From positions 4,150-68,149 of the forward strand of contig JBGPHP010000001.1 of the NCBI GenBank assembly GCA_041484445.1: a stretch of DNA of 64,000 bases, written 5' to 3'. A program made the translations under genes and the position numbers. This stretch comes from Gemmatimonadota bacterium. Its GTDB lineage: Bacteria; Gemmatimonadota; Gemmatimonadetes; Gemmatimonadales; GWC2-71-9. This document shows, one piece after another, positions 36,259 to 45,375 of this stretch. The stretch's first letter is position 1. Each line of letters begins with the position of its first letter. Below the pieces are notes generated by a model. The model did not search any database, was not told the origin of the DNA, and saw only the letters and a list, made by a program, of their open reading frames with translations.

Positions 36259-37023
36259 TCACGTCTCTGCCAGGCGGCGCAGCGCTGCTCCAGCGTACCG
36301 GCTCGAAATCAACTTGGTTCCATCCCGTAGAAACACGACGTAGCTCCCCTTCCCGTAGGGCTCGAGCGCGCGGATCGCCGAGACGTTGACCAGGGCCGAG
36401 CGACGGATGCGGATGAACCGTTCCCCCAGGCGCCCCGCCGTGCGCTCGACCGTCTGACGCATGAGATGCTCCGCAGCGCCGACGTGGAGCTTCACGTAGT
36501 TCCCCGCAGCCTCTACCCAGTCGACGGCGGCGACGGGCACGAACTGCAGCCGTCCGTTCTCCCGGACGACGAGGCGCTCGACGGGATCGAGGACCTCGCG
36601 CGGCCGCCCGGCGAGCTGCGCGATCAGCGCTTCGAGGCGCCCCGCGGCGCGCTCCCGGCCGTCGCGCTCGGTGGCGCGCGCCGCGCGCGCATACGCCTCG
36701 CGGAACCGATCCGGATCGATCGGCTTGAGTAGGTAGTCCACCGCGTGGGCTTCGAACGCCCGCAGCGCATAGCGGTCGTACGCGGTCACGAAAACGACGG
36801 CGGGCACCGCCTCCGACCCGACCCGTTCCAGTACGTCGAATCCCGACAAACCCGGCATCTGGACATCGAGAAACGCGAGATCCGGCGACTCGCGAACGAT
36901 CGCCTCCACGGCGGCGGCCCCATCCCCGCACTCGGCGACGATTTCCGCCTCGGGCAGCGTCGCGAGCTGCTGGCGCACCGCCAGCCGGCCGAGCGGCTCG
37001 TCGTCCACGATCACGATGCGCAT
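36259..37023 (-). CDS. LytR/AlgR family response regulator (REC plus LytTR)
   Basis: REC domain MRIVIVDDEPL...FLDVQMPG. LytTR domain with FIRIRRSALVNVSAI. Its start overlaps the kinase stop (TGATG). Confidence 0.9.
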   Translation of the reverse strand: MRIVIVDDEPLGRLAVRQQLATLPEAEIVAECGDGAAAVEAIVRESPDLAFLDVQMPGLSGFDVLERVGSEAVPAVVFVTAYDRYALRAFEAHAVDYLLKPIDPDRFREAYARAARATERDGRERAAGRLEALIAQLAGRPREVLDPVERLVVRENGRLQFVPVAAVDWVEAAGNYVKLHVGAAEHLMRQTVERTAGRLGERFIRIRRSALVNVSAIRALEPYGKGSYVVFLRDGTKLISSRYAGAALRRLAET

Positions 37024-38132
37024 CAGCCGGCCGTCCGGAACGGAATGTCGACCCGGACCACGGCGCCTCCCGCGGGGACCGGACGCAGCACAAAGCCGTG
37101 CGAATCCGGATAGAGCTGCGCCAGCCGGGCCCGCGTGTTGGCCAGGCCGATGCCGGGAACCGGTGGATCCGCGGTCGGGCCCGGCCCGTCGTCTTCGACC
37201 TCCAGGTGGAGTCGGTCGCCCGCCCGTTCGACCCGGAGCACGATCGTCGCACCCTCGGGCCGTCGACTCACGCCGTGTTGCACGGCGTTTTCGACCAGCG
37301 GCTGGAGAATCAGCGCCGGAACCAGCGCGGCCCGCGCCTCGGCCGAGATCTCCTCCCGGAAGCGCATCCGTTCGCCGAATCGCATTCGTTGGATATCGAC
37401 GTACGGAGCGAGCAGCGCCAGCTCGCGCTCGAGGGACACCTCGGCGGCACCATCGCCCTCGAGCGTCTGCCGCAGCAGTTCACCCAACCGCGCCAGCATC
37501 TTCTGGGCGCGGGCGGGATCGGCAGCGGCGAGCGCCGCGATCGCGTTCAACGTGTTGAACAGGAAGTGCGGATGGAGCTGCAAGCGCAGGGCGTCGAGCT
37601 GCGCGTGGGCCAGCCGGCTCTCGAGCAGCGCGGTTCGCGTGGCGAGCTCGGCCGCCCCCGTGCGCTCGGCGTGGTACAGGCGCGGATAGATGAACGCCGT
37701 GTGGACGCCGAGGATGAGCCAGTAATACAGGCAGCCGGTGAAGGTCCCCCACACGATGCCCGGCCCCAGGCCCGCCAGCCACTTCCCCAGATCGGGCGCG
37801 GGGGGCATTCCGAACCCCGCGAGTATCCCGTAATGAAACAGGTACGTCGCGGTGATCTGGACCGGCGCCAGCAGGAGCATCAGGCCGAGATGGCGTGGCA
37901 GCGGACGGAGACCGGCCCCCGGCTCGAGGCGCCAGCGCCTGGCCGCGGCGAGCACGACCGGCGTGCAGGCCGCCCACGTCAGCGCATAGACGAATTCGTG
38001 GAAGATGTCCCACTGCCATTCGAGCGTCCCGTGGCGCGATACCCGAACGAGCACGTTCTGCGCGCTGAAGAATACTCCCACGCCGAGCCACACGATGAGG
38101 ATGCGCGCGGCGCGACTGCGCACGATACCCAT
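37023..38132 (-). CDS. LytS-type sensor histidine kinase (His_kinase plus HATPase_c)
   Basis: Multi-TM N-terminus. LQLHPHFLFNTLNAI H-box. QPLVENAVQHG N-box. ATG chosen at 38132, with an alternative at 38168. Confidence 0.88.
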   Translation of the reverse strand: MGIVRSRAARILIVWLGVGVFFSAQNVLVRVSRHGTLEWQWDIFHEFVYALTWAACTPVVLAAARRWRLEPGAGLRPLPRHLGLMLLLAPVQITATYLFHYGILAGFGMPPAPDLGKWLAGLGPGIVWGTFTGCLYYWLILGVHTAFIYPRLYHAERTGAAELATRTALLESRLAHAQLDALRLQLHPHFLFNTLNAIAALAAADPARAQKMLARLGELLRQTLEGDGAAEVSLERELALLAPYVDIQRMRFGERMRFREEISAEARAALVPALILQPLVENAVQHGVSRRPEGATIVLRVERAGDRLHLEVEDDGPGPTADPPVPGIGLANTRARLAQLYPDSHGFVLRPVPAGGAVVRVDIPFRTAG

Positions 38133-38314
38133 GGGCCAAATCTGGGGAGGGCGAGCACGCCCGGGCAACGGTGCCTTCCACAGCCCGCGGCCTCCGTCCC
38201 ATTCGTCACGCGTTCGTCCGCATTCATCCCACCCCGCACCGCGTCGACGGCACCGTCATTGTCGTCCCCGCCCCGACCCCGCACCGTTGACGCACACCGA
38301 CCCGGAGTATTCCC

Positions 38315-38752
38315 GTGAAAGCGTCTCTCTTCCTGTCGCTCGGCCTCGCCTGCGGAGTCGTTCCGCTCGCCCGGGCCCAGAGCGCCGCCGACAGCGCGGC
38401 GATCCGTACGACCGCCCTCGACTACATCGACGGGTACTATTCGGCCGACGCCCCGCGGATGGAGCGGGCCCTCCACAACCATCTCGCGAAGCGGCTCGTG
38501 TACAGCGACTCGGCGGGACGCAGCCATCTCGTGGACCTGACCGCTCTCGAGCTGGTTCAGGCAACCGGCCGACACCCGGCGGCACCCGCCGCGGAGCGGC
38601 GCGAGGACGTCAAGATCCTGGACATCTTCGGCAACGCCGCCATGGTGAAGATCGATGCGACGGGATGGGTCGACTATCTGCAGGAAGTCAAATGGAACGG
38701 CCGGTGGGTGATCATCAATGTGGTGTGGGAGAACCGCCCGGCGTCGAGATGA
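38315..38752 (+). CDS. NTF2-like 'putative lumazine-binding' family protein, secreted
   Basis: Signal peptide MKASLFLSLGLACGVVPLARAQ. ALDYIDGYYSADAPRMERALHNHLAKR is typical of that family (recalled, not searched). Confidence 0.7.
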   Translation: MKASLFLSLGLACGVVPLARAQSAADSAAIRTTALDYIDGYYSADAPRMERALHNHLAKRLVYSDSAGRSHLVDLTALELVQATGRHPAAPAAERREDVKILDIFGNAAMVKIDATGWVDYLQEVKWNGRWVIINVVWENRPASR

Positions 38753-38995
38753 GCGTGGACGGCTGACGACGCGAAACAACGCCGTTGGATCCCGAACCCT
38801 TCGGATCTTCCCTCGCACGAGACCTGCCGGAGGGAAGGTCCGGAGGTATCCCATGCACCAGTTTCGATTCTGCGTGCTCGGGGTGTTCTCGCTCAGCTGC
38901 GCCATCCCCGGATTCGAGCACGACCCGCACGCCGTGTCGCCGGCTCGTGCGGCGGCTGGGCGAGGCGGCGCTCGCCAAGCTCGCGGGCTCCGGTC

Positions 38996-40894
38996 TCACC
39001 CTGCCCCAGCGGCCTCCACGAGGCGCTTCCGCTGACCCGGCAACACCAGGTCCTGCTTGACGACCTCCCGTACGATCCGGGCGACGAACCCGTAGCCCCG
39101 CCCGTCGGCGACGATCCACCGGTTCCATTCCAGCTCGTCGAGCCCTCCCGTCGCCTCTTCCATCGCGAGTCCGGTGGCACGTTGTAGTCGATCCGCCGTG
39201 ACGCTTCCCCCGAGCACGGCAAGGGCCTGCAGCAGCCGCTGAGCGGCAGGGCCGAGGCGCCGGAATCCGACCCGGATAGCGCCCACCACAGTCTCGGGCA
39301 GATCGCCGGGCAGGGTCTGGTCGAGCGTGCGGAAGGCCTCCGGCCAGGCACCACGGACCTTCGTGAGATCCAGGCCGGCGGCGACCGCGCTCAACAACTC
39401 CACCACGAGCAGCGGCAAGCCGGCCGAATCGGTACTCACCCGCCGGGTGAGGCGCTCCAACGCGGCCTCGTCGTAGTCCGGCATAGCCCAGTGAGCCAGC
39501 GCTTTGATCTCGGCGTTGCCGAGTGCGGCGAGCCGTACGACGCCGCCCGCCACGTCGCGGCCGAGGGTCGCGCGCAGCTCCTCCAGCTCGGGACGTGCCG
39601 CGGCACCATTCGAGGTACAGAGGACGTACAGCGGGCGGTCGGCCAGGTCCCGCAGCGCGGCGCCGACTGCGAGGACGGAATCACGATCCAGCAGCTCAAC
39701 GTCGTCCACCACCAGCGTCACCGGCTGCGCCGCGAGCGCCGCGCTCAGCACTTCGCTGAGCGCCCAGGCCGGCGGGCCTTCGGCGGAGACGCGGCGAGCG
39801 GCGGTGAAGCGGTCGGCCCACTCAGGGAGGCGCTCGATGAACCACGCCAGCGCGCCCGGTGCCGCACCGCCGACGCCACCCGCGTCGAGCAACCCGCCCC
39901 GGGCGAGACCGAGAATCCCACTCCAGGGCGTGGCGAGATCGCTCTCGACGGCCCGGATCACGGCCGTGGCCACTCCCTCGAGACGCATCCGAGACGTGAT
40001 CTCCTCGGCCAGGCGCGACTTTCCCACTCCGGCGTCGCCGACCAGGACCGTCGCACCCGCGCGCCCGGCGTCCCGTCCGAGTCGCCATGCGGCGATCAGG
40101 CGCTCCAGCTCCGCGCTCCTCCCGGTCAGTGGGGCGCGGCGTCGGTCGGACGGCTGCTCTCGTCCCCGGCTGCGCAGCACTCCCGGCGTCCGCCGAATCC
40201 GCTCGGCCAGGTCGCTGCACGATGCGCTGGGCCGGGTCCCCACCTCCGTCGCGAGCCGCGATGCGAGCTCGTCGTATTCCCGGAGCGCCCCGGCGTAGTC
40301 CCCGTCGAGCGCCAGCGCGCGCATCAGGCTCACCACCGCGGCTTCAGCGCAGGGGGCGATGGCCACGGCGCGGCGGGCGGCGCCGGCCGCCGCGCGCTGT
40401 GAGCCGCCGTCCACCTCCGCTTGAGCGAGTCGCAGCAGCGCGTCGATCGCGCGCCCGTTCCAGGATCGTCGCTCGCCGCTGAGCCACTCTTCGAATCCGG
40501 TCGCCCCCGGCACGGCGAGCCCCTCGGCGAACGTCCCGGTCACCAGCGCGGCGGCGTCACGCCAGTGTTCCCCGGCGACGAGGCGCGCGAACTCATCGGT
40601 GTCGAGCCGCACGACGTCGGGCGCGAGCCGCACCTGGTCCGCGACGGTATCGAGGGAGTGTTCGCCGACGGTCTGCCGCAACGTCGAAAGCGCGACGGTC
40701 AGCGAACGCCGTGACGCGTGGTCCGGCTTGTCGGGCCACAACAGGCCCACCAGGTGATCGCGCGTGCGGCTCCGCTTGGGCGAGCACGCCAGGTACACGA
40801 GCAGGGCGAGGTTCTTGCGCCACAACAGCTCAGCGGGGGGAGCGGCTCCGTTCACGCTGACGCGGATCGGGCCGAGCAGCTCGAGGTCGATCAT
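38996..40894 (-). CDS. AfsR/SARP-like regulator: winged-helix DNA-binding domain plus BTAD plus P-loop ATPase plus helical C-terminus
   Basis: ATG at 40894 (MIDLELLGPIRVSVNG...LVGLLWPD) gives an OmpR-type wHTH/SARP domain. The BTAD region ends ALREYDELASRLATEVGTRP. Walker A GDAGVGKSRL and Walker B LVVDDVELLD. ATGA overlap with the upstream kinase gene. Confidence 0.8.
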   Translation of the reverse strand: MIDLELLGPIRVSVNGAAPPAELLWRKNLALLVYLACSPKRSRTRDHLVGLLWPDKPDHASRRSLTVALSTLRQTVGEHSLDTVADQVRLAPDVVRLDTDEFARLVAGEHWRDAAALVTGTFAEGLAVPGATGFEEWLSGERRSWNGRAIDALLRLAQAEVDGGSQRAAAGAARRAVAIAPCAEAAVVSLMRALALDGDYAGALREYDELASRLATEVGTRPSASCSDLAERIRRTPGVLRSRGREQPSDRRRAPLTGRSAELERLIAAWRLGRDAGRAGATVLVGDAGVGKSRLAEEITSRMRLEGVATAVIRAVESDLATPWSGILGLARGGLLDAGGVGGAAPGALAWFIERLPEWADRFTAARRVSAEGPPAWALSEVLSAALAAQPVTLVVDDVELLDRDSVLAVGAALRDLADRPLYVLCTSNGAAARPELEELRATLGRDVAGGVVRLAALGNAEIKALAHWAMPDYDEAALERLTRRVSTDSAGLPLLVVELLSAVAAGLDLTKVRGAWPEAFRTLDQTLPGDLPETVVGAIRVGFRRLGPAAQRLLQALAVLGGSVTADRLQRATGLAMEEATGGLDELEWNRWIVADGRGYGFVARIVREVVKQDLVLPGQRKRLVEAAGAG

Positions 40895-43590
40895 CCCGCC
40901 GGCACCCTGCAGTCCCGGGCCGTGGCAGCTCGCGCGCTGTCCGCTCGGGCGGCATAGAGAGGCTCCGCGTTCGCCCACAGCCACGCCACCTCGCGCAGCA
41001 GGGCGCATTCCCCCGCCGCGGCGCTGAACCGGAGGCGACGCCACCGCCCCAGCGTGCCGAACGCCCAGTCCACCTCCATCGGCTGTGGCCCACCGGTCGG
41101 GAGCGAAATGCCGTCCGAGCTCTCGTACCAGATCAGCTCGAGATCCGCGTCGTGCGGCTCACCGACCCGTTCCCGCCACTCCGCCCGCAGCAAATGGAGC
41201 ACGGTGCGGAAACACGGGTCGCCGACCCACGCTGCGGGAAGCTCGATGAGACCATCACTCTGTACGATCGCATCCCCGTAGCGGCCCGCCAGAGCGGTGT
41301 CATAGGCGCGGAGCAGTCCGGTGAGCGATGCCGGCGCTCCCACTTCGAACGCCGGCCGCGCGGCCCCGAAACGTCGCGCGAGAAGCGCCGCCATCCAGCC
41401 GGCGCGAGCGCGCAGGCTCGCGGGCGCGCGACTCGCAAAGACCTGGAGCCGGTGTATCAGATCCGGCCACGCGGGGGCGCCCGAATCGGGATCGAACATC
41501 CGCAGCACCGCGTCGATCTCGAGTCCTAACAAGTCGAAGTCTGGGTCTCCGAATTCGGTGTGGATGCGCGCCAGTGTCCGGCGCGCCAGCTCCGGCCGCC
41601 CGGCGGTGAGGTGTCCGAACACCTGGGCGACCATCGCCGACGGACGATGATAGTCGCGCGCTTCGAGCTGCTCGCCGAGCCACACGGCACCGTTCGGCGC
41701 CGCAAAGTGATTGAGGTAGCGTGCGCCGGCATCCAGGGGCTCGTTGCTCCGGCCGGCGGCGGCGCCGACGAGCGATGCCGTGCGTCGGGCCGCGTCGGCG
41801 GGTGGCAAGAAGCGCCAGGCGAATGCGGCCTGGAGGAGATCTCGCATGCCGCTCGAGGCGGCTCCGGGGGGACCGAGGGCTCCCAGGGTGTCGAGCGCGG
41901 CCCGAGCCGACGACTCGTTGCCCTCAGCGATCCACAACCAGGCGAGGTGCTCCCACGCCGGCGCGAAATCGCGCCGGATTTCCGTTACTCTCGCGAATTC
42001 CACCGAGGCACTCAGACGCGGGCGACCGACGAGCGGGCCGCGATGCAGCAGCTCGTCACCCAACCGGAACGGGGCGAACAGAAAGCCGGGGGAGCGCCGG
42101 GCGAGGGCGTCGAGCGAATCGAGCCGAGGGTCGAGGGTCAACAGCTCAGCCCGGATCAAGGTTTGATAGTCTGGCGGGAAGCGATCGAGCTGTGCCCGGT
42201 ATTGCAGGGCGTCGCCGGTATCCGGCGGCAGTGCGAGGAAGCGGGCGACTTCGGCATGGCGCCAGGCGCACAGCCCGCACGAATCGTCGAGCGCTGCCGC
42301 TTCCGCGTAACCGAGGTATGCCGAGTCCAACCAAGCGCGCGCGAACGCCTTCTCGGCGCCGAGGAACGGGCGCAACGCGTCGGGGCGGCGCGGCAGGACG
42401 CGGACCGGGAGCCGCGGATCGAGCGGTCTCGCGCTGTACAGCCGCACCAGGATACTGTCGGCGAGGAGGTCAGCCGCCGGCCGCCACGCGGTGTCGGCGC
42501 TCGTGAGCGAAACCGGCGGCTGGCCCGGAAGCTGCACCCGGACGGCCAGCCCGGCCACCGAAACGCTCAGCGACCCCGACGCGACCGTCTTCGCCCGTCG
42601 CACCGGTGCGGGACCCAAGACCGTGAAATCGGGGAACCCCGTCAACCGTCCGGCGATGTGGAAGGCGATCGAGTCGCCCAGGCTCGCCGCGGCTCCGCTG
42701 ACGCGAAACCGCTCGATCCGCACGTCCACCTGTGGACTGCGGGGAAACGGGAACAGCCGCAGCGACACCGCGGCGACCACGACGACAGCGCCGGCATACC
42801 ACCACCCCGACGGGACAACCGACCGGCGCCACAGCGCGTGTTCAAACGCGCCCGCGCTGTGCCAGCGCTCGTCCGGGGACAGTTCGAGCGCGCGGCTCAG
42901 GGCGCGGCGGAGCTCCGGCGGGATGGCCGCAAGATCGGACTCAGTACCCTCCCAGTAACGTCCGGTCACCGCCTCGTACAGGACCATGCCGACGAGATAC
43001 AGGTCGGTCTGCGGATACTCGCGCCCGACGATCTGCTCCGGCGCCATGTATCGTCGCGTGCCCATCACCTGGCCGGGCTGGGTCTGGAGGGAGCCGGAGT
43101 CGGACTGCGATTTCGCGATACCGAAGTCCACCAGCACGCCCCGGCCGCGCACCAGGAAGATGTTGGAAGGCTTCACGTCCCGATGAATCACGCCGCGGCC
43201 GTGCGAGGCGTGCAGCGCGTCCAGCATGTCCCGGCCGAGGGAGAGCACTTCGGGAATCTCCAGCCGCCCGCGCGTCAGGCGCTTGGCCAGAGTCTCGCCG
43301 TCGAGGTACTCCATGATGTAGTAGATGAAGGGGTCGGTGTCCCGGCCCACGTCGTAGATGCGGACGATGTTGGGATGCTCGAACTCCGCCAGCGTGCGGG
43401 CTTCGTGGAGGAAGCGACGGGCCGCTTGTGCGCTGGCATTCTCGGGCAGGAGCGCTTTCACGGCCACCGGCCGGTCCAGAGCGGTGTCGTGTGCCAGGTA
43501 CACCGTCCCCATCCCGCCGCTCCCCAGCTCGCGTTGCAGCTGGAACCGGGGAGCGAGGAACTCTCGGAGCTGCTCGAAGAACGAGGCCAT
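40891..43590 (-). CDS. Membrane receptor Ser/Thr protein kinase with a ~600-aa extracytoplasmic region
   Basis: GSGGMGTVY, AVK, HRDVKPSNIF, DFG and APE motifs. A single TM (WWYAGAVVVVAAVSLRLFPF) follows the kinase domain. ATG at 43590 (MASFFEQL), with an alternative ATG at 43674 overlapping the upstream stop. Confidence 0.88.
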   Translation of the reverse strand: MASFFEQLREFLAPRFQLQRELGSGGMGTVYLAHDTALDRPVAVKALLPENASAQAARRFLHEARTLAEFEHPNIVRIYDVGRDTDPFIYYIMEYLDGETLAKRLTRGRLEIPEVLSLGRDMLDALHASHGRGVIHRDVKPSNIFLVRGRGVLVDFGIAKSQSDSGSLQTQPGQVMGTRRYMAPEQIVGREYPQTDLYLVGMVLYEAVTGRYWEGTESDLAAIPPELRRALSRALELSPDERWHSAGAFEHALWRRSVVPSGWWYAGAVVVVAAVSLRLFPFPRSPQVDVRIERFRVSGAAASLGDSIAFHIAGRLTGFPDFTVLGPAPVRRAKTVASGSLSVSVAGLAVRVQLPGQPPVSLTSADTAWRPAADLLADSILVRLYSARPLDPRLPVRVLPRRPDALRPFLGAEKAFARAWLDSAYLGYAEAAALDDSCGLCAWRHAEVARFLALPPDTGDALQYRAQLDRFPPDYQTLIRAELLTLDPRLDSLDALARRSPGFLFAPFRLGDELLHRGPLVGRPRLSASVEFARVTEIRRDFAPAWEHLAWLWIAEGNESSARAALDTLGALGPPGAASSGMRDLLQAAFAWRFLPPADAARRTASLVGAAAGRSNEPLDAGARYLNHFAAPNGAVWLGEQLEARDYHRPSAMVAQVFGHLTAGRPELARRTLARIHTEFGDPDFDLLGLEIDAVLRMFDPDSGAPAWPDLIHRLQVFASRAPASLRARAGWMAALLARRFGAARPAFEVGAPASLTGLLRAYDTALAGRYGDAIVQSDGLIELPAAWVGDPCFRTVLHLLRAEWRERVGEPHDADLELIWYESSDGISLPTGGPQPMEVDWAFGTLGRWRRLRFSAAAGECALLREVAWLWANAEPLYAARADSARAATARDCRVPAG

Positions 43591-43673
43591 GGCCGGCGGC
43601 CCCGCCAATGTAGCCTCGGGGGCCGCCGGCACCAGTTGCAGCCACGGACGCCACCGCGCCGCGACGCCTGCCA

Positions 43674-44852
43674 TTATTCGGCCACGTCAGCCCGTTCCCG
43701 CCACGGTCCAATGGTCGGCAGCAGGAACGTGGTGACGAGCCCGGCGTGATCCGAGGGCCAGAGGCCGCCGGCGGTCCGGTCGCCCGGCCGGTCACCCACG
43801 ACTTCGCGCCGCAGCGGGACGGCGAGTCGCGGCAGATTCCGTGTGAAGATGAAATCGATCCGCTGATTCAGGGTGGGCTGTGGATTGCCGAGATCCGCGC
43901 TCTCGCAGCACGTGGCGCCCGGATCGCGCTGGTGCGGTCGTAGCCAGCTGTCCGCAAAACCCGCCCCCGTGACCATGCCGTAGGACGGGGTCGCGGCGCC
44001 GGGCACCTGCCCCAGCACATCGGAATTGAAATCGCCCACGAGGATCGTCGGCCGGGTCTCCGACTGGAGCAGCCCCAGCAGCTCCTGCGCTTGCCCCACC
44101 TGTACGGGGACGGCCAGCTGCGCTTCGAGGTGCGTGGAGACGAACCGGAACGTACGACCGTGGATCGTCGCCTCTACGGACGCCCACCCTTCGAACACCC
44201 CCGTCTGCACGGGACCGAAGCTCACGGGAATGAACGCCTGGTATTTGCCGTGCTGCGCGTTGGCAAACTGCACGTCGGCGCGGGCGAGCACGGCGTCCCG
44301 ATCGGTCAGGCGGACGTCGTCGAAGGTCGGGTTTCCCGTTCCGTCGATGCCGGCGAACGCCGGGAGCTCCACGTCCGTGGTGGAGTCCGCGGCGGCGACG
44401 ACGTAGTGGAGGCCGCGCGCCGCGAGCGAATCCACCAGCAGCGCCAGAAAGTCGTACACGACGGCCGTCGCCGGCGTCGCTCCACCGAACACCGCATCCC
44501 CGGGATGCTGCACCCGGTACAGGGCCGCTTCCTGCAGGCCGACGAGGTGCGGCCGGCGGCGCGCGATCAGCGCCGCCAGGGCGCCGGCGCGCGCCGGGAA
44601 GTTCGTATGCTGCGCCAGGGCCCACACCCCGGCGGCGACGAACGGAACTTGATCGAGCGGCGTGGCCAGCAGCGGCGTCGGATCGGTACCGTAGTAGACG
44701 TTGTACGTCATGACCGTGAGGCCGGGGCCATCTCGGTCGTCGTGGTCATCGTTTCCCTGATTGGACCGGCTCGCGCTGATTCCCGCGATATCGCGGTCGG
44801 CGCAAGCCGCCGCCAGCACGGCGGCGGCGAGAAGCGAGCAGAGTGTGCGCAT
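43674..44852 (-). CDS. Endonuclease/exonuclease/phosphatase (EEP) family lipoprotein
   Basis: Lipobox LAAAC. LTVMTYNVYYG N-terminal motif and C-terminal SDHAGLV motif. Confidence 0.85.
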   Translation of the reverse strand: MRTLCSLLAAAVLAAACADRDIAGISASRSNQGNDDHDDRDGPGLTVMTYNVYYGTDPTPLLATPLDQVPFVAAGVWALAQHTNFPARAGALAALIARRRPHLVGLQEAALYRVQHPGDAVFGGATPATAVVYDFLALLVDSLAARGLHYVVAAADSTTDVELPAFAGIDGTGNPTFDDVRLTDRDAVLARADVQFANAQHGKYQAFIPVSFGPVQTGVFEGWASVEATIHGRTFRFVSTHLEAQLAVPVQVGQAQELLGLLQSETRPTILVGDFNSDVLGQVPGAATPSYGMVTGAGFADSWLRPHQRDPGATCCESADLGNPQPTLNQRIDFIFTRNLPRLAVPLRREVVGDRPGDRTAGGLWPSDHAGLVTTFLLPTIGPWRERADVAE

Positions 44853-44926
44853 GAGCTACCCCTGTGGAGGAAGTGATCGACGGGAGAAGCTCGGGTGGCA
44901 CCGTCAAGAAATGGTCAAGCCGGGGG

Positions 44927-44962
44927 TTGCTAAGTTTTTAGCATGATGCTAGAATTTTAGCA
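44927..44962 (+). promoter_or_regulatory. Sigma70-like promoter (TTGCTA-17-TAGAAT) overlapped by two tandem TGCTA(A/G)-N4-TTAGCA palindromes
   Basis: The -35 is at 44927-44932 and the -10 at 44950-44955. Palindromes are TGCTAAGTTTTTAGCA (44928-44943) and TGCTAGAATTTTAGCA (44947-44962). This is an AT-rich island 20 nt upstream of the BlaI-like ATG, with GGAG in between. Confidence 0.65.
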
Positions 44963-44982
44963 CTTCATCCGGAGCTGCGAAC

Positions 44983-45372
44983 ATGGCACCCCCGGCCCGC
45001 TCCCAGCTCTCACGGCGCGAGCGCCAGATCATGGACGTGATCTACCGGCTCGGCCGCGCGACGGCCGCCGACGTCCACGACGCCCTCCCCGACCGTCCCA
45101 GCTATTCCACGGTCCGCGCGTTGTTGCGCGTGCTCGAGGGCAAAGGCCATCTGCGGCACATCGAAGACGGCCCACGTTACGTCTACTCCCCGACCGTGCC
45201 GCGGGAACGCGCGCGGGAATCGGCGCTGCGCCAGGTCGTCAGCACTTTCTTCGGCGGCTCCACCGAAGCCGCGGTCGCGGCCCTGCTCGACTTGTCGAAC
45301 GCGCGACTCTCCGACTCCGAGCTGAATCGACTCGCCGGGCTCATCGCCCAGGCCAAGAAAGAAGGACGGTGA
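44983..45372 (+). CDS. BlaI/MecI/CopY family transcriptional repressor (second copy)
   Basis: 129 aa with RRERQIMDVIYRLGRATAADV...YSTVRALLRVLEGKGHL. Followed 3 nt later by an M56 gene. Confidence 0.9.
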   Translation: MAPPARSQLSRRERQIMDVIYRLGRATAADVHDALPDRPSYSTVRALLRVLEGKGHLRHIEDGPRYVYSPTVPRERARESALRQVVSTFFGGSTEAAVAALLDLSNARLSDSELNRLAGLIAQAKKEGR

Positions 45373-45375
45373 CCC

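Noticed and set aside
38788-38807. Weak hairpin GATCCCGAA-CCC-TTCGGATC after the lumazine-binding-like gene.
   Set aside because: The stem has 8 bp with a bulge and lacks a convincing U-tract. It is a possible terminator but is not strong enough to list as a feature.
38853-39035. 60-codon ORF (MHQFRFCVLGVFSLSC...) preceded by GGAGGT in the 243-nt convergent gap.
   Set aside because: The second half has poor codon bias, is Arg/Ala-rich, and overlaps the 3' end of the SARP-ATPase gene on the other strand. The lipobox is imperfect. There is not enough support to call a gene.
43591-43674. Alternative kinase start at 43674, overlapping the EEP stop (TAATG).
   Set aside because: I could not decide from sequence alone. 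The 28 extra residues (MAGVAARWRPWLQLVPAAPEATLAGPPA) have no feature. The ATG at 43590 leaves a typical ~20-residue lead before GSGGMG. The coupling possibility is kept in the finding text.
38996-44852. EEP nuclease-family gene, Ser/Thr kinase and P-loop NTPase read as a possible anti-phage defence cluster (STAND/Avs-like).
   Set aside because: The NTPase protein starts with an OmpR-type winged helix plus BTAD (SARP transcription-factor architecture), not an effector domain. The EEP protein is a lipoprotein (exported). There are no mobile-element or defence-island neighbours. A signalling/regulatory interpretation fits better.
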